This document shows positions 50,881 to 60,945 of a DNA stretch of 64,000 bases, in pieces (within the stretch, counting starts at the first letter, position 1; each line of letters starts with the position of its first letter). The notes under the pieces were generated by a model. That model had not been told where the DNA came from, did no database searches, and saw only the letters and a program-made list of their open reading frames with translations. Source of the stretch: Thermoplasmatota archaeon (GTDB lineage: Archaea; Thermoplasmatota; Thermoplasmata; Halarchaeoplasmatales; Halarchaeoplasmataceae); assembly GCA_018334835.1 (NCBI GenBank), contig JAGXLF010000003.1:156-64155 (forward strand). Direction: 5' to 3'. Both the position numbers and the translations under genes were made by a program.

Positions 50881-53800
50881 ATGAGTGAAAGAAATTCATA
50901 TAAAGCATTCAGTATTTTGATCGCCTTGGTTCTTGTTTTGGGAGTGATCGGTCCTATGGCAGAGACTGTGGGTGAAAGTGAAACCTTGAATTCGGATAGC
51001 ACCCTTGCTAGTGATGATGGGACTTGGGAAATAAATGATACTTATACCATTAATGAGGATGAAGAAAGAGACGTAAACATTGTGATAAATGGGACGGAAG
51101 CTCATTTAAGGATAATCGATTCAAATCTGACTTTACGGATGGATGAAAATGAACATCTCTATAATATAACAGTGAAAAATGGCGGACAATTGACTCTTTC
51201 GGGTGGGGCTATCCAAACAAAAGCTGTTGATTTAAATAGACCATTTCTTAAAACTGATGTTACGGTTACCAATGGCTCCAAACTATCCTTAAGAGATGAC
51301 TCTTCCTTTAGATTTCCAGGATTCGTTAACATATTTGATGGCTCTGAACTCGAGATGATAAACTCGACATTTGAAGCGTTAGATGATGATGAAATTCCAA
51401 GTTATGATTATCTATGGGGAATCGGAAAAGACGAGTCCGTGGAGGACAATAACGATGGACCAAGACTGATTGTAGAAAATCGATCTGAGGTCTATATGGA
51501 AAATTCAGAGATAAATGACTACTATAGATTAAAAGATGACAACGTTGATGCAGAGACCTACAAAGAGATGAAATGGAGCTACCTCGATAGCGACGAAGAT
51601 ATTGGTACGGGAGAAGAATATAAAATGAAAAACTGGACTTTAGATAATCCGTTTGTGGGTGATGTTGAGGATTATCCTTATATCAACCCGATAAACAAAA
51701 TAAGTTCTCTTTTTGTGGAAGTCACGTTTGATGAGTATAATGGCACGGGGAATCTTGAATATTGGAGTCCAAGCGAAGATAGATTTATTCGGGTAAAAAA
51801 ACTGAACGAAACCGATATTGATAATACCGTTACTTCCCCAATATGGGAGAAAGAATTGAGTGAGTTCAGTAGAGTGAAGAGAGATGGTGAAACGGTCTTG
51901 ATGTTGGACCAAAATGTAACGGTGAGAGTCAATACTACGGATAACATGACTATAAGCAAAACAAAATTGTATTCTTCCTACGATAATGATATACATATAG
52001 TCAATTCTAATTTCACAGTGATAAACAGTCTCATAGATGTGGATATATATCCTAGCGATATAGACCCTAGAAATGAAGAGACTACCAATACCAGTAGCTC
52101 AACATATCTCCAGAACTCTGATATGAAGCATAAAACAATCAGATTATACGATAACAGTTCCTTTAGGTGTTATGGGTTAGAGATCACGGAAGATGATCCA
52201 AATGATGTTAATAATGAAGGTGATCCTTGGATTCTGAATACTGAAACTTCTCACGATCAAACTTGGATATATAGATGGGTGAATTTAAAGGTCACAACAG
52301 AAGAGGGTGATCCTCTAGAAGATGTTGAACTCTATCCAATCCCAAAGCCTATGGCCAATGATACTTTAGAAGCAATGGTGAACGAAACGATAAATGATCC
52401 TACTGAGCCCCATAATAGAAAAGCTTGGGATTACTTGAATGAAACTGGGTATGGTCATTATGATGGGGATGAGGAAGTTTATAGAACGGATGAGGACGGA
52501 AACGTTACATTATTCCTTGCTAGTGATAGGATAAATTATCCTGATGATTGGTCAAATAGCAAATTTGTCGGCAATTACTATTTAAATGCAAGTTATGTTG
52601 ACGAAGGACAGAACATCAATGTAACGAGAACTCGTGAGATTCCAAACCTGGAGGATTTCCCTACTATGGAAAATCCACAAGAGTTTAATATTGACCTGCC
52701 AGTTAAATTACCCGATCTTCAGGCTGAGGAATTAGAAGTAGAAGACAATATATTACCTGGAGATAATGTTACGGTGGAAATGAACGTTTCGAACATAGGT
52801 GATGGAGATGCCTATGATGTGAACGTTTCGTTCTATGAGGGCGAATTCGATTGGGACAATCCTGAAGCGAACTATTTCAATTCAACGACTATCGATCGAT
52901 TGAATGCTACGGATAATCAATGGGTCAACGTGACATGGGAGGCGCCGGAAGAATCAGGAAAGTATGATCTTAGAGGAGTGGTAGATCCACACGACAATAT
53001 AAATGAAAAGGATACGGAAAAGAAAAATAATGAAAATAAAACAGTGGTAGAAGTATTGGAGAAAGCTAACTACACGGTCACTATAGGTAATTATGTTGAT
53101 AATGTGGTAGAAGGGGAAGATCAGACCGTTGACTACACTATCGAAAATACCGGAGATGCTCTAGGTAATCAAACGATCACCTTTACTGTCTATAATGCTT
53201 CCGACCTTGGGGGTGTGGAAAATCACACTGATGAAGAAGAAAATTTGACATTAGAGGGAGGAGACACATACTCAGGCCAATTTACTTGGTCTTCAGAATC
53301 GGAAGATCCAGGAAATTATTCCTTTGAAGTGGCCTCAGAAGATGATAATAAGATGAGGAATTTTGACGTTATAGAGGAGCCCTTCTTTGAGGTAACGATA
53401 GATGACTCCGAAGCAGAGATAGTGGAAGGAGAGGATCAGGTTGTTGATTATACGGTGGAAAATACTGGTGAAGCCGAGGCAACTCAGGACATAGTGTTTG
53501 AAGTTTACAACGCTTCCGACCTGGGCGGAACGGTGATAGATACTCAAACTGAGCCCGATGTTACTCTTGATGGCGGTCAAACTTATTCAGACACGTTTAC
53601 CTGGACGAGCACAGATCCTGGTGAGTATTCTTTCAATGTGTCTTCCGCAGATAGGTCAGTCTTCGAGAACTTCGACGTGATAGAAGAGGCGGACTTTGAG
53701 ATAACTATCGATGCTTTCGATACTGAAGTGGTAGAAGGAGAAGATCAGGTAGTTGAATATACGGTAAATAACACAGGAGAAGCTACAGCTACTCAATACA

Positions 53801-56094
53801 TCGAATTTGTTGTGTATGATGCTGAGGGAGAAATTGTTTATACGGCGGAAGAACAAGTAACCATTGATGGAGGTAATAATCATACAAACTCGTTCACCTG
53901 GACTTCGGAGGAACCAGGGGAGGAGTATTCTTTCGAGGTGGCTTCTGAGGATGATTCAGAATCCCGCGACTTTGACGTATTAGTAGCTTCCTTTTTCGAG
54001 GTTGATATAGATCTAAATCAATCTGATTCAGAAATAATAGAGGGAGAAAACCTTACAGTAGTTGTAGATATAGAAAATACTGGGGCAGATGAAACAGAGA
54101 TAACTCAAACAATAGTACTCTATGATGAAGAAGATCCAGATACGACTTTGGATTCCAAGGATGTGACATTAGCTGCTGATGAAGATGATTCGGTAATGTT
54201 GACATGGGATACCGGAGTAAATGATGCCGGGAATTATACACTTCAGGTAGCAAGTGAGGACGATGAAGACGATCTAGACGTCACTCTGCTTAGAATAGCT
54301 GAATTCACAGTCAATATAGATACGGAAGCATCCGATACTGAAGGAGTCGAAGGACAAGATTTCAATATCGTTGCTGACATAGAGAATATAGGAGAAGAAG
54401 ATAGAGTAGTAACTCAAACAATCAACCTTACTGATGAGGCCGGCAATGTATTAGATCATCAAAATGTGACATTAGGTCCCGGGCAGATGGAAAGAGTCAA
54501 CCTGACCTGGGAGACTGAATTTGGCGATGCGGGAGATGAGACCCAGACTTTCCGGCTTGAAGTTGCTAGTGCGGATGACGATGATCGAATCTTTATTGAC
54601 CTTACCCCAGCTCCAGACCTCAATTTTGTTACAGAGACATGGTACGTAGATGGTGAAGAGATAGATCCTGAAGAGGGATTTGATCTTGAAGAAGGAGATA
54701 CCCTGACTTTCGAAGGCCAGATAAGAAACGATGGAGGCACACCGATCTTTAATGCAGAGGTAAACTATCTCTTCCCTGACAACACTCGAGATAACCAGGT
54801 CAAAGACGTGGAGGTCGATGAAACAGTGAACGTTTCCGCTGAATGGAATGTCCGAGTAGTCGAGAATCCGGAGATATCTATATGGGTCAACTCTACTGGC
54901 GATAAAGGTAGAACTCATGACAACATCACATATTCTGGAGATGATTTTGAAGATATAGAGGCAACAGAAATTCGCTTTGAAGATTTAAACTTCCCCGGGC
55001 AAGAGATGATTCCAGGCGAATCTTATTCCTTCAGCGGAAGGGTACTTAGAGATCAAGATGATAAGCCTCTCGAAGGTATAAACGTGACCGTTTCTATCCA
55101 GTCGAATCCAATACTGGTCGAAGAGACAGTTTCTACCGACGAGAATGGAGAGTTCGAAATCTTTCTCCAAATACCTGCGGATGCTGAAGGTGGAGAATAT
55201 TCATTAGAGTTCGAAGCGCAGACTCATGAACCTCAGGACACACAGGAATCAGTAGAGATCGAAACTGACGTTCTTGAAGTAGCAGGCATACCATGGTGGC
55301 TTTTACTAGTCATAGTAGCGATCGCTGCAGGTGGTGCCGGAACCGCCTTCGCTTACTTCAAGTTCTTCGGCGTAGGAGAGATGGTCGAATGTGGAAATTG
55401 TGGTGCGACCATATCTGCGGATGCAACCAGCTGTCCTAAATGTGGAGTCGAATTCGATATGAATACGGTTAAATGTAGCGAGTGTGGCGAGTGGATACCA
55501 GCAGACTCAGATGTGTGTCCGGAATGCGGGGCCGAATTCATAAAAACAGGAAAGGAAGTAGAAGATTACACAGAGAGGATGAAAAAACAATACAAGAAAT
55601 TCCTAAGAAAACAGCATAGAAAGGCTCAAAAAGAATTGGGTAAGGAGCTTTCTCAGAAGGAATTCCTAGACTGGTGGAAAGATAAGCCCTCTTTTGTCAC
55701 CTTTAATGAATGGTTGGAGAGGAAAGAAAAACAGCGTAAAGAAGGCAGCGTAGAATGTCCGGAATGCGGAACTCTGAACAGTGTTGACGACGCCGTCTGT
55801 CAGAAGTGCGGGACGAGCCTGATAGATCTGGGAGAAGAAGAAGAAACAGAGGAAGAAATGACCTTCGAAGAGGAATTAGAAGAAGAAAGCTCTGAGGAGG
55901 AAGAGGAGATACCGGAGCCTACCGAGGAAGAGCCAATAGAAGAAGAGTCTCAAGAAAGTGAAGAGAAGACTGAGGAGAGCGAGGAAAAGGAAGAGACGGA
56001 GGAAACCGGTGAAGCAAAGAAAAAGGTCAAGAAAAAACCGAAGAAAAAGGTCAAAAAGAGAGTGGTTAAAAAGCCCGATGAAGAAGAAGACTGA
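50881..56094 (+). CDS. Giant acidic surface protein: signal/anchor, beta-helix-like region, about 8 CARDB/Ig-like modules, a TM helix and a cytoplasmic triple zinc-ribbon tail
   Basis: 1737 aa from the ATG at 50881 (GGTGG upstream; the track starts at TTG 50863). Many N-x-S/T sequons. Tandem ~100-aa modules (..VEGEDQVVDYTVENTGEA..). TM segment WWLLLVIVAIAAGGAGTAFAYF, then three CxxCG..CxxCG ribbons and an E-rich/K-rich tail. Confidence 0.85.
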   Translation: MSERNSYKAFSILIALVLVLGVIGPMAETVGESETLNSDSTLASDDGTWEINDTYTINEDEERDVNIVINGTEAHLRIIDSNLTLRMDENEHLYNITVKNGGQLTLSGGAIQTKAVDLNRPFLKTDVTVTNGSKLSLRDDSSFRFPGFVNIFDGSELEMINSTFEALDDDEIPSYDYLWGIGKDESVEDNNDGPRLIVENRSEVYMENSEINDYYRLKDDNVDAETYKEMKWSYLDSDEDIGTGEEYKMKNWTLDNPFVGDVEDYPYINPINKISSLFVEVTFDEYNGTGNLEYWSPSEDRFIRVKKLNETDIDNTVTSPIWEKELSEFSRVKRDGETVLMLDQNVTVRVNTTDNMTISKTKLYSSYDNDIHIVNSNFTVINSLIDVDIYPSDIDPRNEETTNTSSSTYLQNSDMKHKTIRLYDNSSFRCYGLEITEDDPNDVNNEGDPWILNTETSHDQTWIYRWVNLKVTTEEGDPLEDVELYPIPKPMANDTLEAMVNETINDPTEPHNRKAWDYLNETGYGHYDGDEEVYRTDEDGNVTLFLASDRINYPDDWSNSKFVGNYYLNASYVDEGQNINVTRTREIPNLEDFPTMENPQEFNIDLPVKLPDLQAEELEVEDNILPGDNVTVEMNVSNIGDGDAYDVNVSFYEGEFDWDNPEANYFNSTTIDRLNATDNQWVNVTWEAPEESGKYDLRGVVDPHDNINEKDTEKKNNENKTVVEVLEKANYTVTIGNYVDNVVEGEDQTVDYTIENTGDALGNQTITFTVYNASDLGGVENHTDEEENLTLEGGDTYSGQFTWSSESEDPGNYSFEVASEDDNKMRNFDVIEEPFFEVTIDDSEAEIVEGEDQVVDYTVENTGEAEATQDIVFEVYNASDLGGTVIDTQTEPDVTLDGGQTYSDTFTWTSTDPGEYSFNVSSADRSVFENFDVIEEADFEITIDAFDTEVVEGEDQVVEYTVNNTGEATATQYIEFVVYDAEGEIVYTAEEQVTIDGGNNHTNSFTWTSEEPGEEYSFEVASEDDSESRDFDVLVASFFEVDIDLNQSDSEIIEGENLTVVVDIENTGADETEITQTIVLYDEEDPDTTLDSKDVTLAADEDDSVMLTWDTGVNDAGNYTLQVASEDDEDDLDVTLLRIAEFTVNIDTEASDTEGVEGQDFNIVADIENIGEEDRVVTQTINLTDEAGNVLDHQNVTLGPGQMERVNLTWETEFGDAGDETQTFRLEVASADDDDRIFIDLTPAPDLNFVTETWYVDGEEIDPEEGFDLEEGDTLTFEGQIRNDGGTPIFNAEVNYLFPDNTRDNQVKDVEVDETVNVSAEWNVRVVENPEISIWVNSTGDKGRTHDNITYSGDDFEDIEATEIRFEDLNFPGQEMIPGESYSFSGRVLRDQDDKPLEGINVTVSIQSNPILVEETVSTDENGEFEIFLQIPADAEGGEYSLEFEAQTHEPQDTQESVEIETDVLEVAGIPWWLLLVIVAIAAGGAGTAFAYFKFFGVGEMVECGNCGATISADATSCPKCGVEFDMNTVKCSECGEWIPADSDVCPECGAEFIKTGKEVEDYTERMKKQYKKFLRKQHRKAQKELGKELSQKEFLDWWKDKPSFVTFNEWLERKEKQRKEGSVECPECGTLNSVDDAVCQKCGTSLIDLGEEEETEEEMTFEEELEEESSEEEEEIPEPTEEEPIEEESQESEEKTEESEEKEETEETGEAKKKVKKKPKKKVKKRVVKKPDEEED

Positions 56095-56198
56095 GATAAC
56101 CATTACAAAATCTTTTCTTTTTTAGTTTTTCTATTTTCACCTTCTTGAAAGACCGAATAAGCTTATAACTCATGCTTAATTTATTAAAAAATGACAAG

Positions 56199-58145
56199 AT
56201 GTTCGAGATCAAGAGGAAAGACGGTCTAGCAAGATTGGGTGAGTTTACTACTCCTCATGGAACCGTTGAGACTCCGGCAATCATGCCTGTTATAAACCCT
56301 AACAGAGAACTTGTCCCTGTAAAGAAACTTGAGAAGGAATTCGGAACACAGGTTTTGATAACGAACTCATATATATTGTATAAAGACCAAGAACTGAAGG
56401 ACAAAAGTTTGGATAGAGGTATCCACGATTTATTAGGATTCCAAGGTTCGATCATGACCGATTCAGGGACATTTCAGGCCCACGTATACGGCGATATCGA
56501 TGTAGAAGCGGAAGAGATACTCGAATTCCAAAGAAATATAGGTTCCGATGTAATCACCATATTGGATGAATTTACTGAACCGGATGATTCTAGAGAAACT
56601 GCTGAGGAAAAAGTCCAGAAGACCATCGAGCGGGCCGAACATGCTCTGCGATCAAAAGAAGATCAGATATCGCTCACTGCACTGCCTATCCAGGGCTCTA
56701 TATATCTCGATCTAAGGAAGAGATGCGGTAAATCCATGGGAGAGATCAAAGGAGATCTGTATCCCATAGGAGGCGTAGTTCCTCTAATGGAGGATTATAG
56801 ATTTCATGAATTGGCTGAGGTGATCATCGCTTCAAAAAAAGGATTAGGTCCTCGAGGCCCGGTACATCTTTTCGGTGCAGGGCATCCGATGCTTTACTCT
56901 TTAGCGGTCTTGCTCGGCTGCGACCTATTCGATTCTAGTTCTTATGCCAAGTATGCTAAGAGAGGAGACATGATGTATCCCGAGGGGACCAAAAATATAG
57001 AAGATATAGATCATCTAGGGTGTGAATGTCCTGTTTGCAGTTCCTACGATGCCGAAGAGATCAGGGAAAGCTATAAAAAAAATGATATTGAGCTTCTAGC
57101 TGAGCATAATCTATGGACATGTTTCAGAGAGATGAACAAAATAAAGCAGTCGATAAAAGAGGGGAGTCTTTGGGAGATGGTGGAAAGAAGAGTACGTAGT
57201 CACCCAAAACTTCTAGAAACTCTGAAGGTCTTAAACCAAGAATATCGATTTCTTGAAAGATTCGAACCTCGCAGCAGGAGACGAGCCTCGCTTTATACGG
57301 GGCAAGAATCCATATACAGACCGACTTTCAAAAGGATAAAACGTTGGATCCTCAATGATTACATACCTCCAAAAAAAGGGCCTACGGTTTATTTTGAACC
57401 CGATCAGTCGAAAAAGCCCTACAGTCGATTTTTCCGAGAAGAGATTGATATGATAGAGGACTATGATGCAAATCTCTTGGTCTCCACTCAAATCGGCCCT
57501 GTGCCGTTTGAGATGGACGAAATATATCCTATAGCACAATCCGTTTTTCCCTCACATCCTGCAAACATATTTTCCCTACGACACTACAAAAGAAAAAAGA
57601 AAATAGACGAACTGATCCGATGGGAAGGAAAAAGCACTTTGGATATTCTATCCAAATCTAAAGGACCAAACTTCGACGAGATGAAGATCAAGGCCACCGC
57701 AGATTATCAATTCGGTGAAGGGGCTGGATCAGCTTTGACCGATGGAACCTTAAAATACGTTAAAAATAACAAGGGCAGGATCAAAAACGTGAAGTTAGAC
57801 CAAAATCATATCCTATCAGTTAGGCATTACGATGGATTCTTCACTTTGAAAAAAACTGGGGCGGAAATACTCTTAAATCACTTCTCACCACCTGATCTTA
57901 GGATCGAAGTTACCGAGGAAAGCGCCGAGTTCAACAGGGATGGGAAGAGCGTTTTTTCAAAGTTCGTAACCCATATGTCTTCCGACTTGAGGCATGGTGA
58001 TGAAGCGATAGTGGTAACAGAAAACGACGAATTAGTCGCGACTGCAAGAGTCCTTTTGATAAAAGATGAAGTCAAAGTCTTTGACAGAGGTCTTGCAGCA
58101 GGAGTTAGAGTCGGTTTTAATCTGAACGAAAATACGTCAACCTAA
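56199..58145 (+). CDS. tgtA: Archaeosine tRNA-guanine(15) transglycosylase (ArcTGT) with C-terminal PUA-type domains
   Basis: MFEIKRKDGLARLGEFTTPHGTVETPAIMPVINPN.., Zn site CECPVCS, long C-terminal extension. The track ORF starts 27 nt upstream at 56172, so the start is uncertain. Confidence 0.88.
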   Translation: MFEIKRKDGLARLGEFTTPHGTVETPAIMPVINPNRELVPVKKLEKEFGTQVLITNSYILYKDQELKDKSLDRGIHDLLGFQGSIMTDSGTFQAHVYGDIDVEAEEILEFQRNIGSDVITILDEFTEPDDSRETAEEKVQKTIERAEHALRSKEDQISLTALPIQGSIYLDLRKRCGKSMGEIKGDLYPIGGVVPLMEDYRFHELAEVIIASKKGLGPRGPVHLFGAGHPMLYSLAVLLGCDLFDSSSYAKYAKRGDMMYPEGTKNIEDIDHLGCECPVCSSYDAEEIRESYKKNDIELLAEHNLWTCFREMNKIKQSIKEGSLWEMVERRVRSHPKLLETLKVLNQEYRFLERFEPRSRRRASLYTGQESIYRPTFKRIKRWILNDYIPPKKGPTVYFEPDQSKKPYSRFFREEIDMIEDYDANLLVSTQIGPVPFEMDEIYPIAQSVFPSHPANIFSLRHYKRKKKIDELIRWEGKSTLDILSKSKGPNFDEMKIKATADYQFGEGAGSALTDGTLKYVKNNKGRIKNVKLDQNHILSVRHYDGFFTLKKTGAEILLNHFSPPDLRIEVTEESAEFNRDGKSVFSKFVTHMSSDLRHGDEAIVVTENDELVATARVLLIKDEVKVFDRGLAAGVRVGFNLNENTST

Positions 58146-58173
58146 AATAAGACCGTCGATATGAGATGTGCAA

Positions 58174-59934
58174 ATGCGTATAGCCGTCTTGCTCGAGGAT
58201 AAGTGTCAGCCCGATCGATGCAGTTATGAATGTATCAATTACTGCCCGATGGTCCGAACAGGAGACGAGACCATAGTCAAAACTGAAGATGCTGTGAGGA
58301 TTTCAGAAGAACTTTGCGAAGGATGTGGGATATGCGTAGACAAATGCCCATTCGATGCGATAAAGATCATCAATCTTCCGGAGGAACTCGAAACGGACCT
58401 GATACACCAGTTCGGTGAGAACAGCTTCAGGCTCTACCGACTTCCCCTCCCCGAAAAAGGTCTGGTCACTGGACTTCTCGGAGCTAACGGCATTGGGAAA
58501 ACAACTGCGATAAGGATGCTTTCTGGGGAGATCGTCCCAAATCTTGGGAATTTTGAGGAGGACGTTTCCTTGGACAAAGTGATAGAGAAATATTCAGGTA
58601 CGGCTCTAGGCGACTATTTTAAATCTTTAAAAAAGAGCGATATAGAGACCGCCCTTAAACCTCAGTACGTAGATAAAATACCGGCTCACTACTCCGGCAA
58701 AGTGGAAGACCTTCTTTCCAGGATAGGAGATGATTACGAGAGATGGGTCGAAGCGTTGGAGATAGAGAACACTTTGGACTCTAAAGTGACCAATCTATCT
58801 GGCGGTGAGCTTCAAAGAGTGGCGATAGCCGCTACTTCCACCAAAGACGCTGATGTTTACTTCTACGACGAGCCTTCTTCATATCTTGATATAAGACAGA
58901 GATTAAAAGTGGCCGAGGCCATCAAAGAGAAGAGTGAAGATAACAGGGTCATGGTCATAGAACACGATCTTGCAGTCTTGGATTTCCTTGCAGACAACGT
59001 ACACTTACTTTACGGCTCTAGAGGTGCCTACGGTGTGGTTTCACACCCTAAAGGTGTTAGAGTCGCTATAAACTCATATCTTAGAGGTTTCCTCGACGAG
59101 GAGAATATCCGCTTCCGAGATACGGAGATAAAATTCGAGAAAAGAGCTCCGAAATCGGAATGGCATTCTAGACCTATAATCGAGTACGATAAACTCGTTA
59201 AAGAGTGGGACTCTTTCAGGCTAGAAACAGAAAAAGGAGAGATACCGGAGGGTGAAGTGATAGGGATCGTAGGTCCTAACGCGACAGGAAAGACGACGTT
59301 CGTGAAGATGCTTGCAGATGCTGTTGAACCTACAGAAGGTGAGATCAAAAAACATATCACGGTGAGTTATAAACCGCAGTATATCAAACCCAACTATGAG
59401 GGTAGAGTGATAGACCTCTACAGAACTGAGATAAGCGATCGCCTAAACGAAGGTTTTTTCCAGTCTAACGTTTTGAACCCACTCGATCTAGAAGACCTTT
59501 ATGAGAGAGAGGTCCCGAAGCTCAGTGGAGGTGAGCTTCAAAGAGTTGTTCTAACTCTCTGCCTTGGAAGAGATGCAGACCTCTACTTGATCGACGAGCC
59601 AAGCGCTTATCTAGACGCGGGGAGAAGGATGACCGCCGCTAAGGTGATCCGCAGGTTTATGGAAAAGATCGACAAGGGAGGCATGATCGTTGATCACGAC
59701 GTATATTTCATTGATTACGTATCAGATTTGATAATGAACTTCTCTGGCGAACCTGGAAAAAAGGGAAAGGGAGAAGGACCGTACGAGATGAGAAAAGGGA
59801 TGAATAAATTTCTCAAGGAGGTCGAGATAACTTTTAGAAGAGACGCCGATACCTACCGACCGAGAGTCAATAAACTGAATTCACGATTGGATAGGAAACA
59901 AAAATCGGAAGGAGAGTATTATTACCTCGACTAA
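58174..59934 (+). CDS. ABCE1: ABCE1/RLI ribosome-recycling ATPase
   Basis: N-terminal FeS clusters (CQPDRCSYECINYCP, CEGCGICVDKCP). Two ABC cassettes (GANGIGKTT / GPNATGKTT and LSGGELQR twice). The ATG at 58174 is preferred over the GTG at 58168. Confidence 0.95.
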   Translation: MRIAVLLEDKCQPDRCSYECINYCPMVRTGDETIVKTEDAVRISEELCEGCGICVDKCPFDAIKIINLPEELETDLIHQFGENSFRLYRLPLPEKGLVTGLLGANGIGKTTAIRMLSGEIVPNLGNFEEDVSLDKVIEKYSGTALGDYFKSLKKSDIETALKPQYVDKIPAHYSGKVEDLLSRIGDDYERWVEALEIENTLDSKVTNLSGGELQRVAIAATSTKDADVYFYDEPSSYLDIRQRLKVAEAIKEKSEDNRVMVIEHDLAVLDFLADNVHLLYGSRGAYGVVSHPKGVRVAINSYLRGFLDEENIRFRDTEIKFEKRAPKSEWHSRPIIEYDKLVKEWDSFRLETEKGEIPEGEVIGIVGPNATGKTTFVKMLADAVEPTEGEIKKHITVSYKPQYIKPNYEGRVIDLYRTEISDRLNEGFFQSNVLNPLDLEDLYEREVPKLSGGELQRVVLTLCLGRDADLYLIDEPSAYLDAGRRMTAAKVIRRFMEKIDKGGMIVDHDVYFIDYVSDLIMNFSGEPGKKGKGEGPYEMRKGMNKFLKEVEITFRRDADTYRPRVNKLNSRLDRKQKSEGEYYYLD

Positions 59935-59939
59935 TAGAG

Positions 59940-60944
59940 TCAATAAACGTTGATCCTTCCTCTCGATAATCCCTCTTCCTGGGTTTCTGTAGTCAATTCC
60001 ATCAGACCGTTCTGCCTTTTCTCTTCTGGAACAAGATTTTCGACCAGGATCTGCCCGTCTGGATAACTTGTCTGCTTCACCTTGATCTTTTTCTGCTTGT
60101 TGAGGAATAGGATAGACATAAGAGCGGTTATGATATCCTTTTTTCTGTCGTCGTGTATCATGCTTAAAGTGATCACTTTTTGCTCATAACAGCAAATCCG
60201 TTTCCATATCTTTGATATTTCGCTTTGGATATCCTCCTCATGGGAACGAGTATCATAATTTTCTTCACGCTCTTTCAATTCCTCTTCCCTTTCTTTTTTC
60301 TTTTCTTTTCTGATCTTTTCCATCTTCTCTCTGTATTTTGCCTCTTGTTTTGCGTCTTCGAAAGCATCCACTAGTTGGATTAAAGATACTGGCTTCTTTT
60401 CCTCTCTTCTAACTGCTCTCTCTAAAGGTAGGTCATCATCATTGAGTACTTCCTCTTCATAGTCTAGATCTTCTGGGTCTTCATAAAGACCTTGGTCCCA
60501 GATCTCCCATTCGTCGAAGAATCCTTCCTCCTCTACAGGCTCTTCTTGTTCTTCTTCCTCGGCAGAATACAGAACCTGTTCGCACTGCATTTTGAGTATC
60601 GACCACGCCATGTTGATCAACTGTCCTGTAACTAGAAAATTCAAATTTTCTTTATTCTTGGCCTGCTCTAGATACATTTCGGTGAAGGAAACTAGGTCTA
60701 TCTCCCATGGATCCATCTTTTCATCGATGACGAGTTTGAATATGGAAGCGATGGCGTTATCGAAGGGGTCATCGGAGAACTCTTTCCCTTCTTCATCCAT
60801 ATTTTCTACCATCTGGATGTAATCGTCTATCCTTTCGCCGTTCCTTTTCTCGTCGATGAGAGATTTATGGAATGTCAGGTGCTGGATGACCTCTTCTGGA
60901 GAATTATCTAATTGGATCGCCGGCTCTTTCATCTCGGAGACCAA
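59940..60944 (-). CDS. scpA: Segregation and condensation protein A (kleisin)
   Basis: 334 aa. The N-terminal ..DPWEIDLVSFTEMYLEQ.. matches the ScpA signature region, followed by an acidic middle. Lies directly downstream of smc. TTG start with GGAGG upstream. Confidence 0.8.
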   Translation of the reverse strand: MVSEMKEPAIQLDNSPEEVIQHLTFHKSLIDEKRNGERIDDYIQMVENMDEEGKEFSDDPFDNAIASIFKLVIDEKMDPWEIDLVSFTEMYLEQAKNKENLNFLVTGQLINMAWSILKMQCEQVLYSAEEEEQEEPVEEEGFFDEWEIWDQGLYEDPEDLDYEEEVLNDDDLPLERAVRREEKKPVSLIQLVDAFEDAKQEAKYREKMEKIRKEKKKEREEELKEREENYDTRSHEEDIQSEISKIWKRICCYEQKVITLSMIHDDRKKDIITALMSILFLNKQKKIKVKQTSYPDGQILVENLVPEEKRQNGLMELTTETQEEGLSRGRINVY

Positions 60945-60945
60945 A

